Positions 1 to 10,345 of a stretch of 64,000 bases of DNA are shown piece by piece. A model generated the notes under the pieces. That model made no database searches. It was not told the origin of the DNA and saw only the letters and a program-made list of their open reading frames with translations. Source of the DNA: Vicugna vicugna (taxonomy: Eukaryota); the NCBI GenBank assembly GCA_013265495.1, contig MU058636.1, positions 1,488,001 through 1,552,000 of the forward strand. Direction: 5' to 3'. The position numbers and the translations under genes were made by a program. Numbering within the stretch: the stretch's first letter is position 1; each line of letters begins with the position of its first letter.

Positions 1-9
1 TCTGTGAAT

Positions 10-765
10 GTGAGCCTGAGAAGTGTCTGAAAGAGTGAGGAGGGGACCTGTTCATCTCATGCAGGGTTTGCTGAGAAACACCAGAGACTCAAAGACAAAA
101 GAGGTATGTGCAGCTCGTCGAAGAGGAGAGAGAAAGGATATAGTGCTACAGAAATTTAAAAAATCATCTCATTTGACTCCATTTACCATGGTTTTCCAGT
201 GCCAACTCCAAAAGCAAGTATTATCCTAAGGGTTTATTTAGGATGGCACAGTACATAAAATCCCTGGGGATTCATTCACACCTGCCCAAAAACTTAATAT
301 AATGAACAATTTATCAATATATCTGGTGGCATACAAAAGAACAGAATACTGTTACGGGAACGGGGCCCCTCCATGAAGAGAGCAGACCCATTGGAAGAAT
401 TAGGTGGGACTCAGAAAGGAACTGCCCTGGCACTGAAGTGCTGACCTCACAAACGACAAAGACCACCCACCAGGCAGGCGAGGCACTCCTACTGAGTGTT
501 AACACAGCATGTGTGGTGGTGCTGGTTTTACCTCCTGGCTATGAGCGCTCTACGTGTAAGTGGCATTTTGATTTTTTAGTTGCTTCTCTGCTAAGGAGTA
601 GAGTGTCCCTCCTTCCATCCACAGGTCAGGTGAGCCTGAGAAGTGTCTGAAAGAGTGAGGAGGGAACCCGTTCATCTCATGCAGGGTTTGCTGAGAAACA
701 CCAGACTCAAAGACAAAAGAGGTATGTGCAGCTCGTCGAAGAGGAGAGAGAAAAGGATATGGTGC
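10..765 (+). repeat. Pair of ~136-bp near-identical direct repeats (10-146 and 630-765) separated by ~483 bp of unique sequence
   Basis: Both copies read GTGAGCCTGAGAAGTGTCTGAAAGAGTGAGGAGGG...GAGAGAAAGGATAT(A/G)GTGC. They differ by 3 substitutions, a 2-bp indel and a 1-bp indel, and the flanks diverge immediately. Confidence 0.95.
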
Positions 766-999
766 CTTAGATAATGCTTCTCAAAGAATGCTTCCTGGGT
801 CACCTGCACGAGCATCACCTGGGCTGTTTGTTAAGCCTGGAGATTCCCTCTGGTCCAGATTTGATCCCACTGGGCTGCGTAACCCACTTCTCCTACCCTG
901 GTCACCACCACTCACATCCACTGGTGACCAGTGATGGGGGAAAGGAATAGGAAATTGAACAGAAAGTGATGGGAGGTGCACACTTCCACCTCCCTCCCT

Positions 1000-1770
1000 C
1001 CCTGGTTAGATGCTCTGCCCCGACCTCCCCCTGGACGCACCCTGTGGAGTCACCGCCTACCCACTGCCTCCACTTAGATACCCAGCAGTCACCCTCAAGT
1101 CACCATGGCCACAATTCCCCACGTCCTGCCACTGCTCCGCCAAAAACAGCCAAGTGATCCCTGACCCTTCTTTTTCTCTTAGCAGCTCATTAGCTGGGGC
1201 CTCCTGTTCACCCTCCAAAACTAACCAGGGTCCAACCGCTTCTCACCTCCTCCATGGCCATCGCCCTGCTCCCAGATGCCACCATCTCTCACCTGGACCA
1301 CGGGCACCATCTCCTGAGCGCTCTCCCCTCCCCCTGCCCCTGAGGACTTGTCACCCACATAGCACACAGAGGGGTCCTTCAGAGTCCCTGTCTGCTCCCA
1401 GCTCACTCAGGTTAAAGCCAGGCCCATGTAAGAGCCTCCAGCACCCAGCCCGCTTCTCCGCTCTCGGTTCCAACCTCAAAGGCCTCCTAGCTGTTCCTCG
1501 TAAAAGCTGAACCCACCATCCCTCCTCTGGTGTGATCCTTTCCCTAGGGCAGACGTAGGTTCCCTCACTTCCGGTCACAGGGAGCCCTTCCCTGTCCACT
1601 CTGTAAGAGGCACACCCCATCCTTTCAGACCCATTTCCTTGCCTTTTAAAAAGATTCACTGCTGATACACATTTGTCTACACATAACGTTCACCATCTTT
1701 CCTCACTCCAGTGGAAGCTTCATGAGAAAACGTTATTTGTACATATGGTGCACTCCTGTGCTCCTAACAC
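1000..1770 (+). mobile_element. LINE-2 (L2) fragment
   Basis: C-rich L2-type motifs (CCGCTTCTCACCTCCTCCATGGCCA, CCACCATCTCTCACCTGGAC, GGAAGCTTCATGAG). Boundaries approximate. Confidence 0.7.
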
Positions 1771-1798
1771 TACCGCCTAGAGTCTGTCCCAGGACGTA

Positions 1799-2078
1799 CA
1801 GCGGCCTCAGTCCCCAGCACGGATGCCCATCCGCAGATGCTCGAGTCCCTGATACTAAAGGCTGCAGTGTCTGCCTGCGGTCTCCCGTGCACTTTAAATC
1901 GTCTCTGGATTACTCTTGGTAACTGATACGATGTAAATGCTGTGTAACTAGTTGCCGGACACGACATATTCAAGTTTTGCCTTTTGGAGCTACCTGGAAT
2001 TTTTGTTTTTTTCAGTATTTTCAGTCACGGTTGGTTGAATCTGTGGATGCGGGGCCTGTGGATATGAAGGGCTGACTA
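1799..2078. mobile_element. MER2B-like Tigger (TcMar) DNA transposon fossil
   Basis: TA|CAG start, internal CTTTAAATCGTCTCTGGATTAC and ATTCAAGTTTTGCCTTTTGGA, and terminal CGGTTGGTTGAATCTGTGGATGCGG...GGGCTGACT match the recalled MER2/MER2B consensus. Confidence 0.8.
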
Positions 2079-2291
2079 CGTGTTGAATGAAAGCATGAGC
2101 CAAAGGAAACACCAGGAGGGAGGCGGTGTCTGCGGGCACGTACCCCCTGCGTCTTCAGATGCGCCATCCCCACCGACCACACAGATGCCGGTAAGTGCAC
2201 ACTTCCCGTCCCCCGCTGGCATTTCAAATGTCCACCGACCTCGGTGAGATCTCCTGAGGCAAAGCTGTTTCACCCACAGTGAATGAGTTAC

Positions 2292-2379
2292 CTGACAGTC
2301 ATGCGCTGGGGAGGACTCCCGCTGTAGACGTGTAAAGGCACTAAGGCGGGACTGAGCTGGGTTCTAAGCAGCTGAGGTA
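2292..2379 (-). other. MTIF3: Candidate internal 5' exon (88 nt) of the minus-strand gene transcribed from the 8.6-kb CpG island; tentatively MTIF3 exon 2
   Basis: On the minus strand: pyrimidine tract, branch-like TCTGAC, acceptor gttgttgacag|TACCTC and donor CTGTCAG|gtaact. The exon end (CTCCCCAGCGCATGACTGTCAG) resembles my recollection of the human MTIF3 5' UTR exon preceding the ATG exon, and the ~6-kb spacing from the promoter fits. Not verified by alignment. Confidence 0.45.
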
Positions 2380-3171
2380 CTGTCAACAACAGTCAGATAC
2401 TTGTTGGTGCAGGAAGCCCCCAAGTCAAAAAAGCAGCAAAGTCAGAAGAGATGAGAAAAGACTTTTTTCCATTTATCATCAGAAAAAGAGCAGCGGCATC
2501 AAGTCCCATATTTCACAAAGAGTCAGCATGAAACTAGCAGCCCGTGTGCCCTGTGCGCTGAGCCATCAACACGTCACACAGAATGTATTCTTGTCAAGTG
2601 CAGGATTTTTTAAAACAAGGAAGCAAATAAACTAGGCACAGGAAAAAGATGGAAAGACATTCAAGAAAAACCCTGAGGTTTTCTTAAGGTTGAAGACACA
2701 GTGATTTCTTTTGCCCCTATTCCTCCTCATTACTTCTCAAATTTTTATAAGGAATAAGTATTTTTTATATTAGAAAGTAAATTATATTTATTAACAAAAA
2801 AATTTTTCAGAAAAATGATATATGTATTTTTTAAAGCTTTAAAAGCACTTTCCAAGAAGTAAAGGTAAAGGATAAAAAAATAGTATGTTTTTTCAAAAAG
2901 TCTTTTGCCACTATTCAAATTTTAAAGGGCTTTAAATTTTCTTGATTTATACAGCAATTACGCTTCAATACTAGCTTGATTTTGGCTTTAGATCAGCGAA
3001 GTTTCTTCAAAATAAGCTTTTCATTGATAAAAATACAGAGTTAAGAAAATAACACCTATGATATTAAATTTGAATTGCAAATATCAACATAAATTCAAAT
3101 AACGGGAAAACTTTTTATTAGAAAAATTCTCAAACACATACTGAAAAAGTTGTATAAGAAAGCTCTAAGCT

Positions 3172-3220
3172 CATCAACTATATTTCAATAAAAAAACAAA
3201 AAAAAACCCAAACAAACAGA
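3172..3220 (+). mobile_element. Extremely 5'-truncated L1 insertion (3' tip plus A-rich tail) with perfect 16-bp TSD
   Basis: AAGAAAGCTCTAAGCT at 3156-3171 and 3221-3236 flanks CATCAACTATATTTCAATAAAAAAACAAAAAAAAA..., which resembles an L1 3' terminus. Confidence 0.85.
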
Positions 3221-3514
3221 AAGAAAGCTCTAAGCTTCCATCACTCAGCTCCCTGGTTAAGCACGTGCCCCGATGTGTTTCCTCTTCCACCAGCGCTACT
3301 CCCTGCCTCCAACATCCATGAACTATTTCCAAGTAAATCCTGTCTCGCCAGTAGACACTTCACTACGTCATCTCTAAGAAGTGGGGACTCTTATCCTTTT
3401 AGTAACCACGAGAACATATCCCAACCAATATCATCCCTTTCTATCATCAAATATCCAGTTTTCAGATTCCCCCGATTGTATCATTTTGTTTACATTCCAT
3501 TTACAGTTTGGTAG

Positions 3515-4400
3515 CAGGAAGAGACTCCCACTGGCCAAACGTGTGATAATTTAAATGTAAATGACTGAAATTCATTTCAACACACTGGATATGCAAAAAC
3601 CTATTTAAAATAAAAAAGATAATTTGCCACAATCGTATGTGACTACTACCCTGACTTCTTACTTTGGAAATCGGTAATTAAAGAAAAAGAACTAAGCATT
3701 TACCCCACCTTTTTAGGGAGAACTGTAATCATCCCTAGCTGACGAAGAAAAGCATTCTTTAGAGTAGAATGCCAGCTAATACATGGAGACAAAAAGAAGT
3801 AATTTTAAAACCACCGTTTTGCCACCTCCAATCAAATCACTGATTAGGAAAGATAGAGGCAAAAATCATTAAGTAAAAAGCTGATGAGGAAACAAGGTAT
3901 TCAAGTAACGCCAAAGGGCGGCTCAAGGAATAATTCCAAGTTGAAATGGGAAACACACACTCTGGCCGTCACCCAGGTAACAAAGGTCAGGTCGGCATCT
4001 GACACCCCAGTGCATGAGTCTTAAAAACCATCAGTGTCACTGGGAACTTGAATGAAAAGACTAGGGAGACATAATTATAAAATGCAGTGTGTTTGAAAAA
4101 AAGCAACTACAAAGACACGTGAGATAAACGGAGAAAATCCACATATGGACTAGATTCATGATGGATTAGATACTGTCAGAAAAGTACTGTTAATTTTTGT
4201 AGGTGTGAAAACGGCATTCTTAGGAAATTCTTAGGGGGAGTGTCATGACATCTGCAGCTTACTTTGAAATCATTCAGCACAAAATATAAATGTAATTATG
4301 GCACCACTTACTGAATCTAGGTTACATTTATGTGAGTGTTAGTTATTAATCTTCCAAATTTTCGGTATGTTTACATTTTTTCATACTTAAAGTTTTTTTA
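3515..4400 (+). mobile_element. Old L1M (L1MC/ME-type) 3' region fragments
   Basis: Typical L1MC 3' UTR phrases (GACTAGGGAGACATAATT...AAATGCAGTGTG, ATATGGACTAGA, TGTTAATTTTTGTAGGTGTGA). Approximate. Confidence 0.6.
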
Positions 4401-5805
4401 AAAAGAATTAACAGTGAGGAAAAAGTTCATTAGTCATGCCAGTATGACTGTTCCAGTCTGTGTAAGTTGTATATTTACTATAATTTAATAGACTGGCACC
4501 CTGGCTTTATATATCTTTAACAAATATTCCCTTCCCGAGTTTTAAGTCTAAGTGAAGCTTACATCTAAGGAACTTTACAAACTTAACATCCTGATTTTTT
4601 TTGAAATGCAAATTGCCTTAATTTCTCCGTCTGGTGCTCATCAAATCAAGTCTAAAAGTGTCTTGCCATCATAAATGGTGATGGTTCAGTTTGAGGTAAA
4701 TGTGTACAATTTTTTGCTAACCACCAGTTAAAAGTTAACATGTCTGTTTCAAAGAAGTGGTTCTCAGAAACTGGAGACCTTCCAGCATCATCTGGGGATC
4801 CTTTTTTCAAAATACAAGATGTTTCATCACCTCTCTCCTGTTAAGAACCATTGGGGGTTAGGATCCCCCAGAAAAAGATGACATAAAAGAATGAGTAATA
4901 AAACACTGTAAGGTAAGTAGGTCCAAGTAGTTTAAGCTAGGATGTCTGGGGTTACCCTTAGCCTCTCAAGGCTGATGCAAAATAGGGAGCCACATTCTCT
5001 GCTGAAATTTCTCTGCTGAAATGTCTTTGAAACCTCTGTCAAATAAGTAACAGGCTGAATGAACCAAATCACAGTCTAAAATCTAAATCAAAATCGAAAT
5101 GCTTATGTTCTCATGACAATACCGGGACACTGAGTCCCTCTTACCCCCACCATGCTCCTTTCTGAGACACCCACAAACATTTAAAAAGCCAGGTATCTTC
5201 AAGTCAGTTACATAAAATATGCACAATTTTATAGTACGAGGTCGCCATTTCTGACTTCACGATTATTCAGACCTGATGGAAATCATGCTTTGCTACTAGA
5301 GCTGCGTCTGTGGGTAGTTTTAAGTTCAGGGGTAACTCCACAGTCTGCAAAGAAACACGTATTTTCTTTCTTTTTATTCCCCGTTGTTCTGTACCTACTT
5401 GAGACCAGATCACTGAAAAACTCCACTCCTCCAAGCGCTGGAGGACGAACTGACAAGCGCCCCCAGAGCCCCTCTACGCCTCTGTGCTCGGTCCACTCTT
5501 GCACCTCCTGCTGACTTCAGTGCTCTTTCCTTTTCTTGGACCTCTTCGGCAGCATCTTTTCCCTAGGCAGATTTCAGAAAAAGTGTTGATTGTGTTATTC
5601 CAGATGCACAGAACACAGACTAATTTCAGTGTTTGATCCACATATTCCATAAGAAATAACTCAGATATTAAGCCATAAAGTGGGCAGTTGTGCAATAAAC
5701 GTGGTACTTCCATATGCCGTGTGTTTCAGGTGAGCTTAGGGCAGTGTCCTTTACATTTTCACAATAGTCTTCAGCTGTCCAAAGTGAACCATATCCTTTG
5801 AGGAC

Positions 5806-6220
5806 TGCTATCGAGTCCAAGCTCACACTGCTCGTGACAAGACAGGCCAATAAACTGAGAGACAAGTTGCTGCGGCAAGGAATAACGACTTTGTTTGCAA
5901 AGCCAGCAGACTGAGGACTAGTGTCCCAAAGAACTATCTTCCCCAAGTTAGAATTCAGACTTCTTTTATACTAAAAGGGGAGGGGATAAAGTCCTGGTTC
6001 CCGCCACACGGAGGGGTGGTGCTAATTTCTTCCTGCAGCTGTTTACAGGTGGGCCTGGTCAGGATGTTTCCTGTGAGCTAAACAAAGATATTTTAGCTTA
6101 ACGCTCATTACGTGGGAGAGGGGTTCCCAGGGATGGGCCATTTTGTGTAATTTAAGCTAACAGGCAACCTCCCTTTGGTGATTAACTCATAATAGAACAC
6201 AAAGGTTCTTCCCTATTATA
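5806..6220 (-). mobile_element. ERV1-class solo LTR (MER41-related laurasiatherian type)
   Basis: 415 bp starting TG and ending ATTATA (decayed CA), with 4-bp TSD GGAC at 5802-5805 and 6221-6224. Minus strand has TATAAAAG (5963-5970) and AACAAA (5890-5895) where the poly(A) signal is expected. Confidence 0.8.
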
Positions 6221-6225
6221 GGACT

Positions 6226-6925
6226 ACTTTTCCCAACTTTTATTATGAAAATGTTTAAAAGGTAAGAAAGGTTGACAGATGGTACGGTGAACACCCCAGT
6301 ACCAATCCCCTAGATTCCACTGCTGCTCTCCCTGGTTTATCTGCCCATCCATCTAGTCCTCTTTCCACCCATTTAACTTATGTTTTGATACATTTCAAAC
6401 TTAGCTGCGATCATTGGTACACTTCATCCTGAAACACATCAGCATGCATGTCAGTAACTAGAGTTCAATATTTGTTTACCATTTCTTTCGTTTTTGAGGC
6501 AAAATTTACAATGAAATGTATGAATCTTAAGCATATCGTTTGACGACACCTCTGTAACCAAACTCCTATCAACATGTAGAAAATTACCATCACCCCAAAA
6601 CGTTCTTGCATGCCTCTTCAAGTCACTTCCAACTCCATCCAGAGGCAACAAATGATTCTTCAGATTGTTTTGCACCAGACTGTTCCAACATTTCATTTAA
6701 ATGGAATCGAACAGTATGTACTCTCTGTTGAAAGGCATCTCAGCATGTTTTTCAGACTCATCCAAATTTGTAGGGTTTATCATCACTTTGTTCCTTTTTA
6801 TTTGTGAGTCGTGTCCCAGTATATGAATATACTGTGGTTTTAAAATCATTTCCTGTTGATGAACACTTAGGCTATTGCTACTTTTTGCTAACATGAATAA
6901 AGCTGCTATGAACATTTTTGGACCA
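6226..6925 (-). mobile_element. Old L1M (L1MB/ME) 3' fragments
   Basis: Reverse L1 3' UTR motifs (CCATCACCCCAAAACGTTC, TTCCTGTTGATGAACACTTAGG, ATAAAGCTGCTATGAACAT). The minus-strand ORF MFIAALFMLAK...LSVHQQ resembles the L1 ORF2 C-terminus. Confidence 0.75.
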
Positions 6926-7599
6926 AAAAAAAGGTGACCAAATGACTACTGCTCCAGAGGACACTTGCAGGAGGCACTGATAATGTATTTATAATGAGAC
7001 TGCCTGTCCTCTTAAGAAATTAAATTGTTTGCAAGCATGTTGAAACTGAAGAGATGAAAATAATATATTGGTTCACTCGTTGCTTTTCTTTCCTACATCG
7101 CTGATACTGTACATTGGTATCTCATCCAGGGAGGTTGGATCAAAAGTTTACATGGACTTCAGTGGACTAAATATTTGTGAAATTCATTTTGCCAATTCCT
7201 GTGACTTTAAGAACCCTCTCTTGCTCCTTCCCAAGGAGTTTCACTAAGTCCTTCTGCCTGCAGCCTCCAGCCGTCCCACCTGCCCCATCCTGGCCTGGGC
7301 TGAGCACTGCGGTCACCAGGCCTCCATCGGGCCGTGCAGCCCGCTGCCTCTGGGGTTGTTCTTACATAAGGAGCTCAGTACTCTCCACACTGAGGTTGGC
7401 TGCTTAAGAGCTAGAACACAGATTTGTGACACTGGAAAAAGCTAAAGTATGTCTTGGCCAATTAACTACATTTCTTTAGCCATAATATTTTGTTTATTTT
7501 TTAATTATTTTTTTAAATGAGCCATGCAGAAAACATTTTAAAGTACGCTTTTAAGTCCTGAGCTAAAGACTCCATATTAAAAGTTGTACTTATTCCTGT

Positions 7600-8340
7600 A
7601 TATTAACCTTCTAAACAGTCACCTCACCTTCCAGAACTCCCCATCTCAGCGACCAGCATCGCAGTCCACCCAGAGCCACCTCGCCTTTTCCATGTCTGCT
7701 CTCTCTCACTCTCGTGGCTAATCCAACACAGTCTCCTTCATTTTACTTCCTAATGACAATCAAACCATCCACTTCTCTCCAAAGCCATTGTCACCACCCG
7801 AGATTAAGACATCTTCCCTCTGGTTTGGATTCCCATCAGTCTCCTAACTAGGCCCGTATACCGCCAACTCTACAGTCTCCCCTCTGCGCTGCTGGTGCTG
7901 TCACCACACCCAGTGCCCTTCCACTTTAAAACCGCCAGGACTTTAATAACCAACAACTTTCAGGAGGACAGAAGGTCCCTGCCACCTCTCCAGCCTCATT
8001 CTGAACCAAACTTCCTTTATGTCTAAACCACTCTGGCCTTTCTGATCTTGAAATGCTCTTCCCCTTGACTTAGAAAACCCCTTTCCCGCCTAGCGCTATC
8101 TTTCTCAGGGCATTCCTCTGGTCACTTCCCAGGCTAAGCCAGATCTCCCCTGACCGTCCCCCCGCCCCTCTTTAGTCGTTGAGCTCAGTATTAAGTGCTT
8201 CCACAGTCATCTTTCCACGACTGTAATTTTGTGATTATCTTATCACCGTTCCTCTCCTTCACTAGACGGTAAGGTCTACGACTCAGGGAACGAATCTGGA
8301 TTATTCTTTAGTGATTCGTGCCTGCCACAGCAAACAATAA
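7600..8340 (+). mobile_element. LINE-2 fragment
   Basis: L2 motifs CCATCCACTTCTCTCCA, CAGTCTCCTAACTAGG and CACTAGACGGTAAGGTCTACGA. Approximate. Confidence 0.65.
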
Positions 8341-8499
8341 CTGATGTTCCAGACCCCTCTGCCCTCTGTACTTTCTAACACTGAAGCCTCTTCTCACGTG
8401 TACTTGGAACTGCGGCTCTTCAGTAAGAAAATTTGTTTACTTCTTTCAGGAGTCTTATGCCGTGAAGCCTAGCAAATGATAAACGGGAAAAAGGAAATC

Positions 8500-9350
8500 C
8501 CAGGATCACCTGACGATCCTCCCACCTACGGCCTCCTTCCGCGTAGGCAGAGAGCAGGTTTGTACATCACCTCGTGCCGCAGGAAAGCCAGGAACCGAGG
8601 GCTGGGCCCCCCGCGCGGAACTGACCGGTCACATGCACCTGCGGCGGCCATGCCCGCCCGAGCCCCGCCCCCGCGGCGCCTGGGCCGCAGACGGACGTAG
8701 CGGCGTACGGCGTGCGTGCGCGCAAGTACGTGCGCGGGATGGCCGGGCGGAAGGTCCCGCGGACTGAGGGCCGGGGGCGGGTCTAGGTCCTGCGGCTGCG
8801 GGATGCTTGGGCAGCGGCTTGGGCTCAAGATAGCTTTCCAGTCCGGCCGAATCCCCGAAGCCGCGGCAGGGCCCGAGGGGCCTCTCCGCTGGCGGGTGGG
8901 CGGCACTGACCTTCCAGGGACGGGGACGTGGCCCAGCGCAGTGCCGCGTCCTCTGCAGGCACGTCCCGAGGACCCCGTCCTCCCGCCGCAGGCCCCCTCG
9001 GCCGCGCAGCGCCTCTCGCTCTTAGCTTTACCTGTGCGGGGCTGCCGATTGGTAAGGTTTGGCAGAAGGAGCCTGCAAATGGACTCCGCGATGAACCCTT
9101 TCGCCTTCCGTAGTGGGAGGGGCTTTGCCTTTAAAGGAAAAGTGACGTGAGGGGGCGCGTTTTTCCGGCCAGGGGCTTAAAGTCCTCCGACAGAAAATGC
9201 GTAGGGCGAGGGGAGGTGCCTGCGGCTGGTGCTGCTCCCCTGGCCTGCGGCGGCGGAGGCGGGGCGAACACCGGTGTGCTGGGTCGTGAGGCGATCAGAG
9301 CATCCCTTCCTTTGGTCCAGCCTTGGTGTGGCTGCGTCCCCACTAAGGCA
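8500..9350. promoter_or_regulatory. CpG-island promoter, probably bidirectional; first exon of the minus-strand gene (tentatively MTIF3) at about 8530/8639-8710
   Basis: Very high CpG/GC content. Contains NRF1-like TGCGCGCA (8717-8724), ETS GGCGGAAG (~8746), GC boxes, ATTGG (~9048), CRE-like TGACGTGA (~9143) and YY1-like GCGGCCAT (~8644-8651). Minus-strand donor candidates are GCAG|gtgcat (8639) and GGCC|gtaggt (8530). Confidence 0.85.
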
Positions 9351-10134
9351 TAGATCATTCATACACACTCTTTTTCTTTAATAAAATACTATTTTGATGT
9401 GATGCTTAATAAACTATTTCATAAACGTCTTTATAATTATTGTGAGTTCGGGAGCGCTGCCTCTATGTGCAGGTGAGCAGGCCGACTCGTGAAGGAGAGG
9501 TTCCCCTCGGGTCCCAGGTAAGCTGCGCGGGGAGGTTCACGTGGTGCGGTAACCGTAAGAGCTTGGAGCTGTCAGCGTTTAACCCAGGGGGAGACCTGCC
9601 GCGTGGGTGTGTGGTTTGTGTAGACTCCAGAGCAGTTCTAACCCTAGGTGCGCACCGTGCACTTGGTTGCTCCCCTGCCTGCTTGGGGTCCGCCCCCGCC
9701 CCTTTCACCTCTTCACTAGGAAATTCCACAGTGGCGGAGTGGGAATCTATGATCGTGACTCCGTAAAGCCACCTGGTTAGACAATACTTTGATTTATATG
9801 GAAGCACACTGCATTTATTGGATACTTTGTAGTCCAGCAGAAGACGTCCCTTTTTTCTATTAAACAACTCACATCACGCTTTACCTCCTTCATTACTGAT
9901 GAGGAAGCTAGTTTAGCCTTAAATAGCTCCTTGAGAGCAAAGACAAGTCTGTTTCCTCATCAAATCCACGGCGTCTGGCACAGTAGATACTGAATATTTG
10001 TTGAAGCAGTAAAGTGGTAAAGCCAGAAAAAACTGTGACCCAAAGGCTAAGGTTAGTGTTTGTATATTGGCCTTTTCCAAATTAAACAAGAATTAAGAGT
10101 TTCATTTTATTCAACCAGAAATTCTACCATTTCC

Positions 10135-10345
10135 CTGTGTGCCTGCCGGCTCTGTTCTAAGTGCTTTACCTCTATAAGTCATTTAGTCCTCAGGAAAATC
10201 TAATTACCCTGTTTCACAGATGAGGGAGCTAAAGCATGAAGAAGTTAAATAATTTGCCCAAAGTCACACAGCTTGTAGCAGGGTCAAGATTTTAAAACAA
10301 AACAAAACAAAAAAGTAGTGCCAGAGTTGGTGTTCTTAATGCTGA
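10135..10345 (-). mobile_element. MIR SINE
   Basis: Reverse MIR core TTTCACAGATGAGGGAGCT...AATTTGCCCAAAGTCACACAGC. Confidence 0.8.

Noticed and set aside
5544..5554. CTTCGGCAGCA resembling the U6 snRNA 5' end
   Set aside because: Only 11 nt match and the flanks do not continue U6 sequence.
5283..5946. Minus-strand ORFs suggesting a processed pseudogene
   Set aside because: No recognisable homology, poly(A) or TSD, and the longest ORF begins inside the solo LTR.
8526..9368. Overlapping 60-144-aa ORFs in the CpG island
   Set aside because: Arg/Gly/Pro/Ala-rich ORFs on both strands are expected from stop-codon scarcity in GC-rich DNA, and none resembles a known protein.
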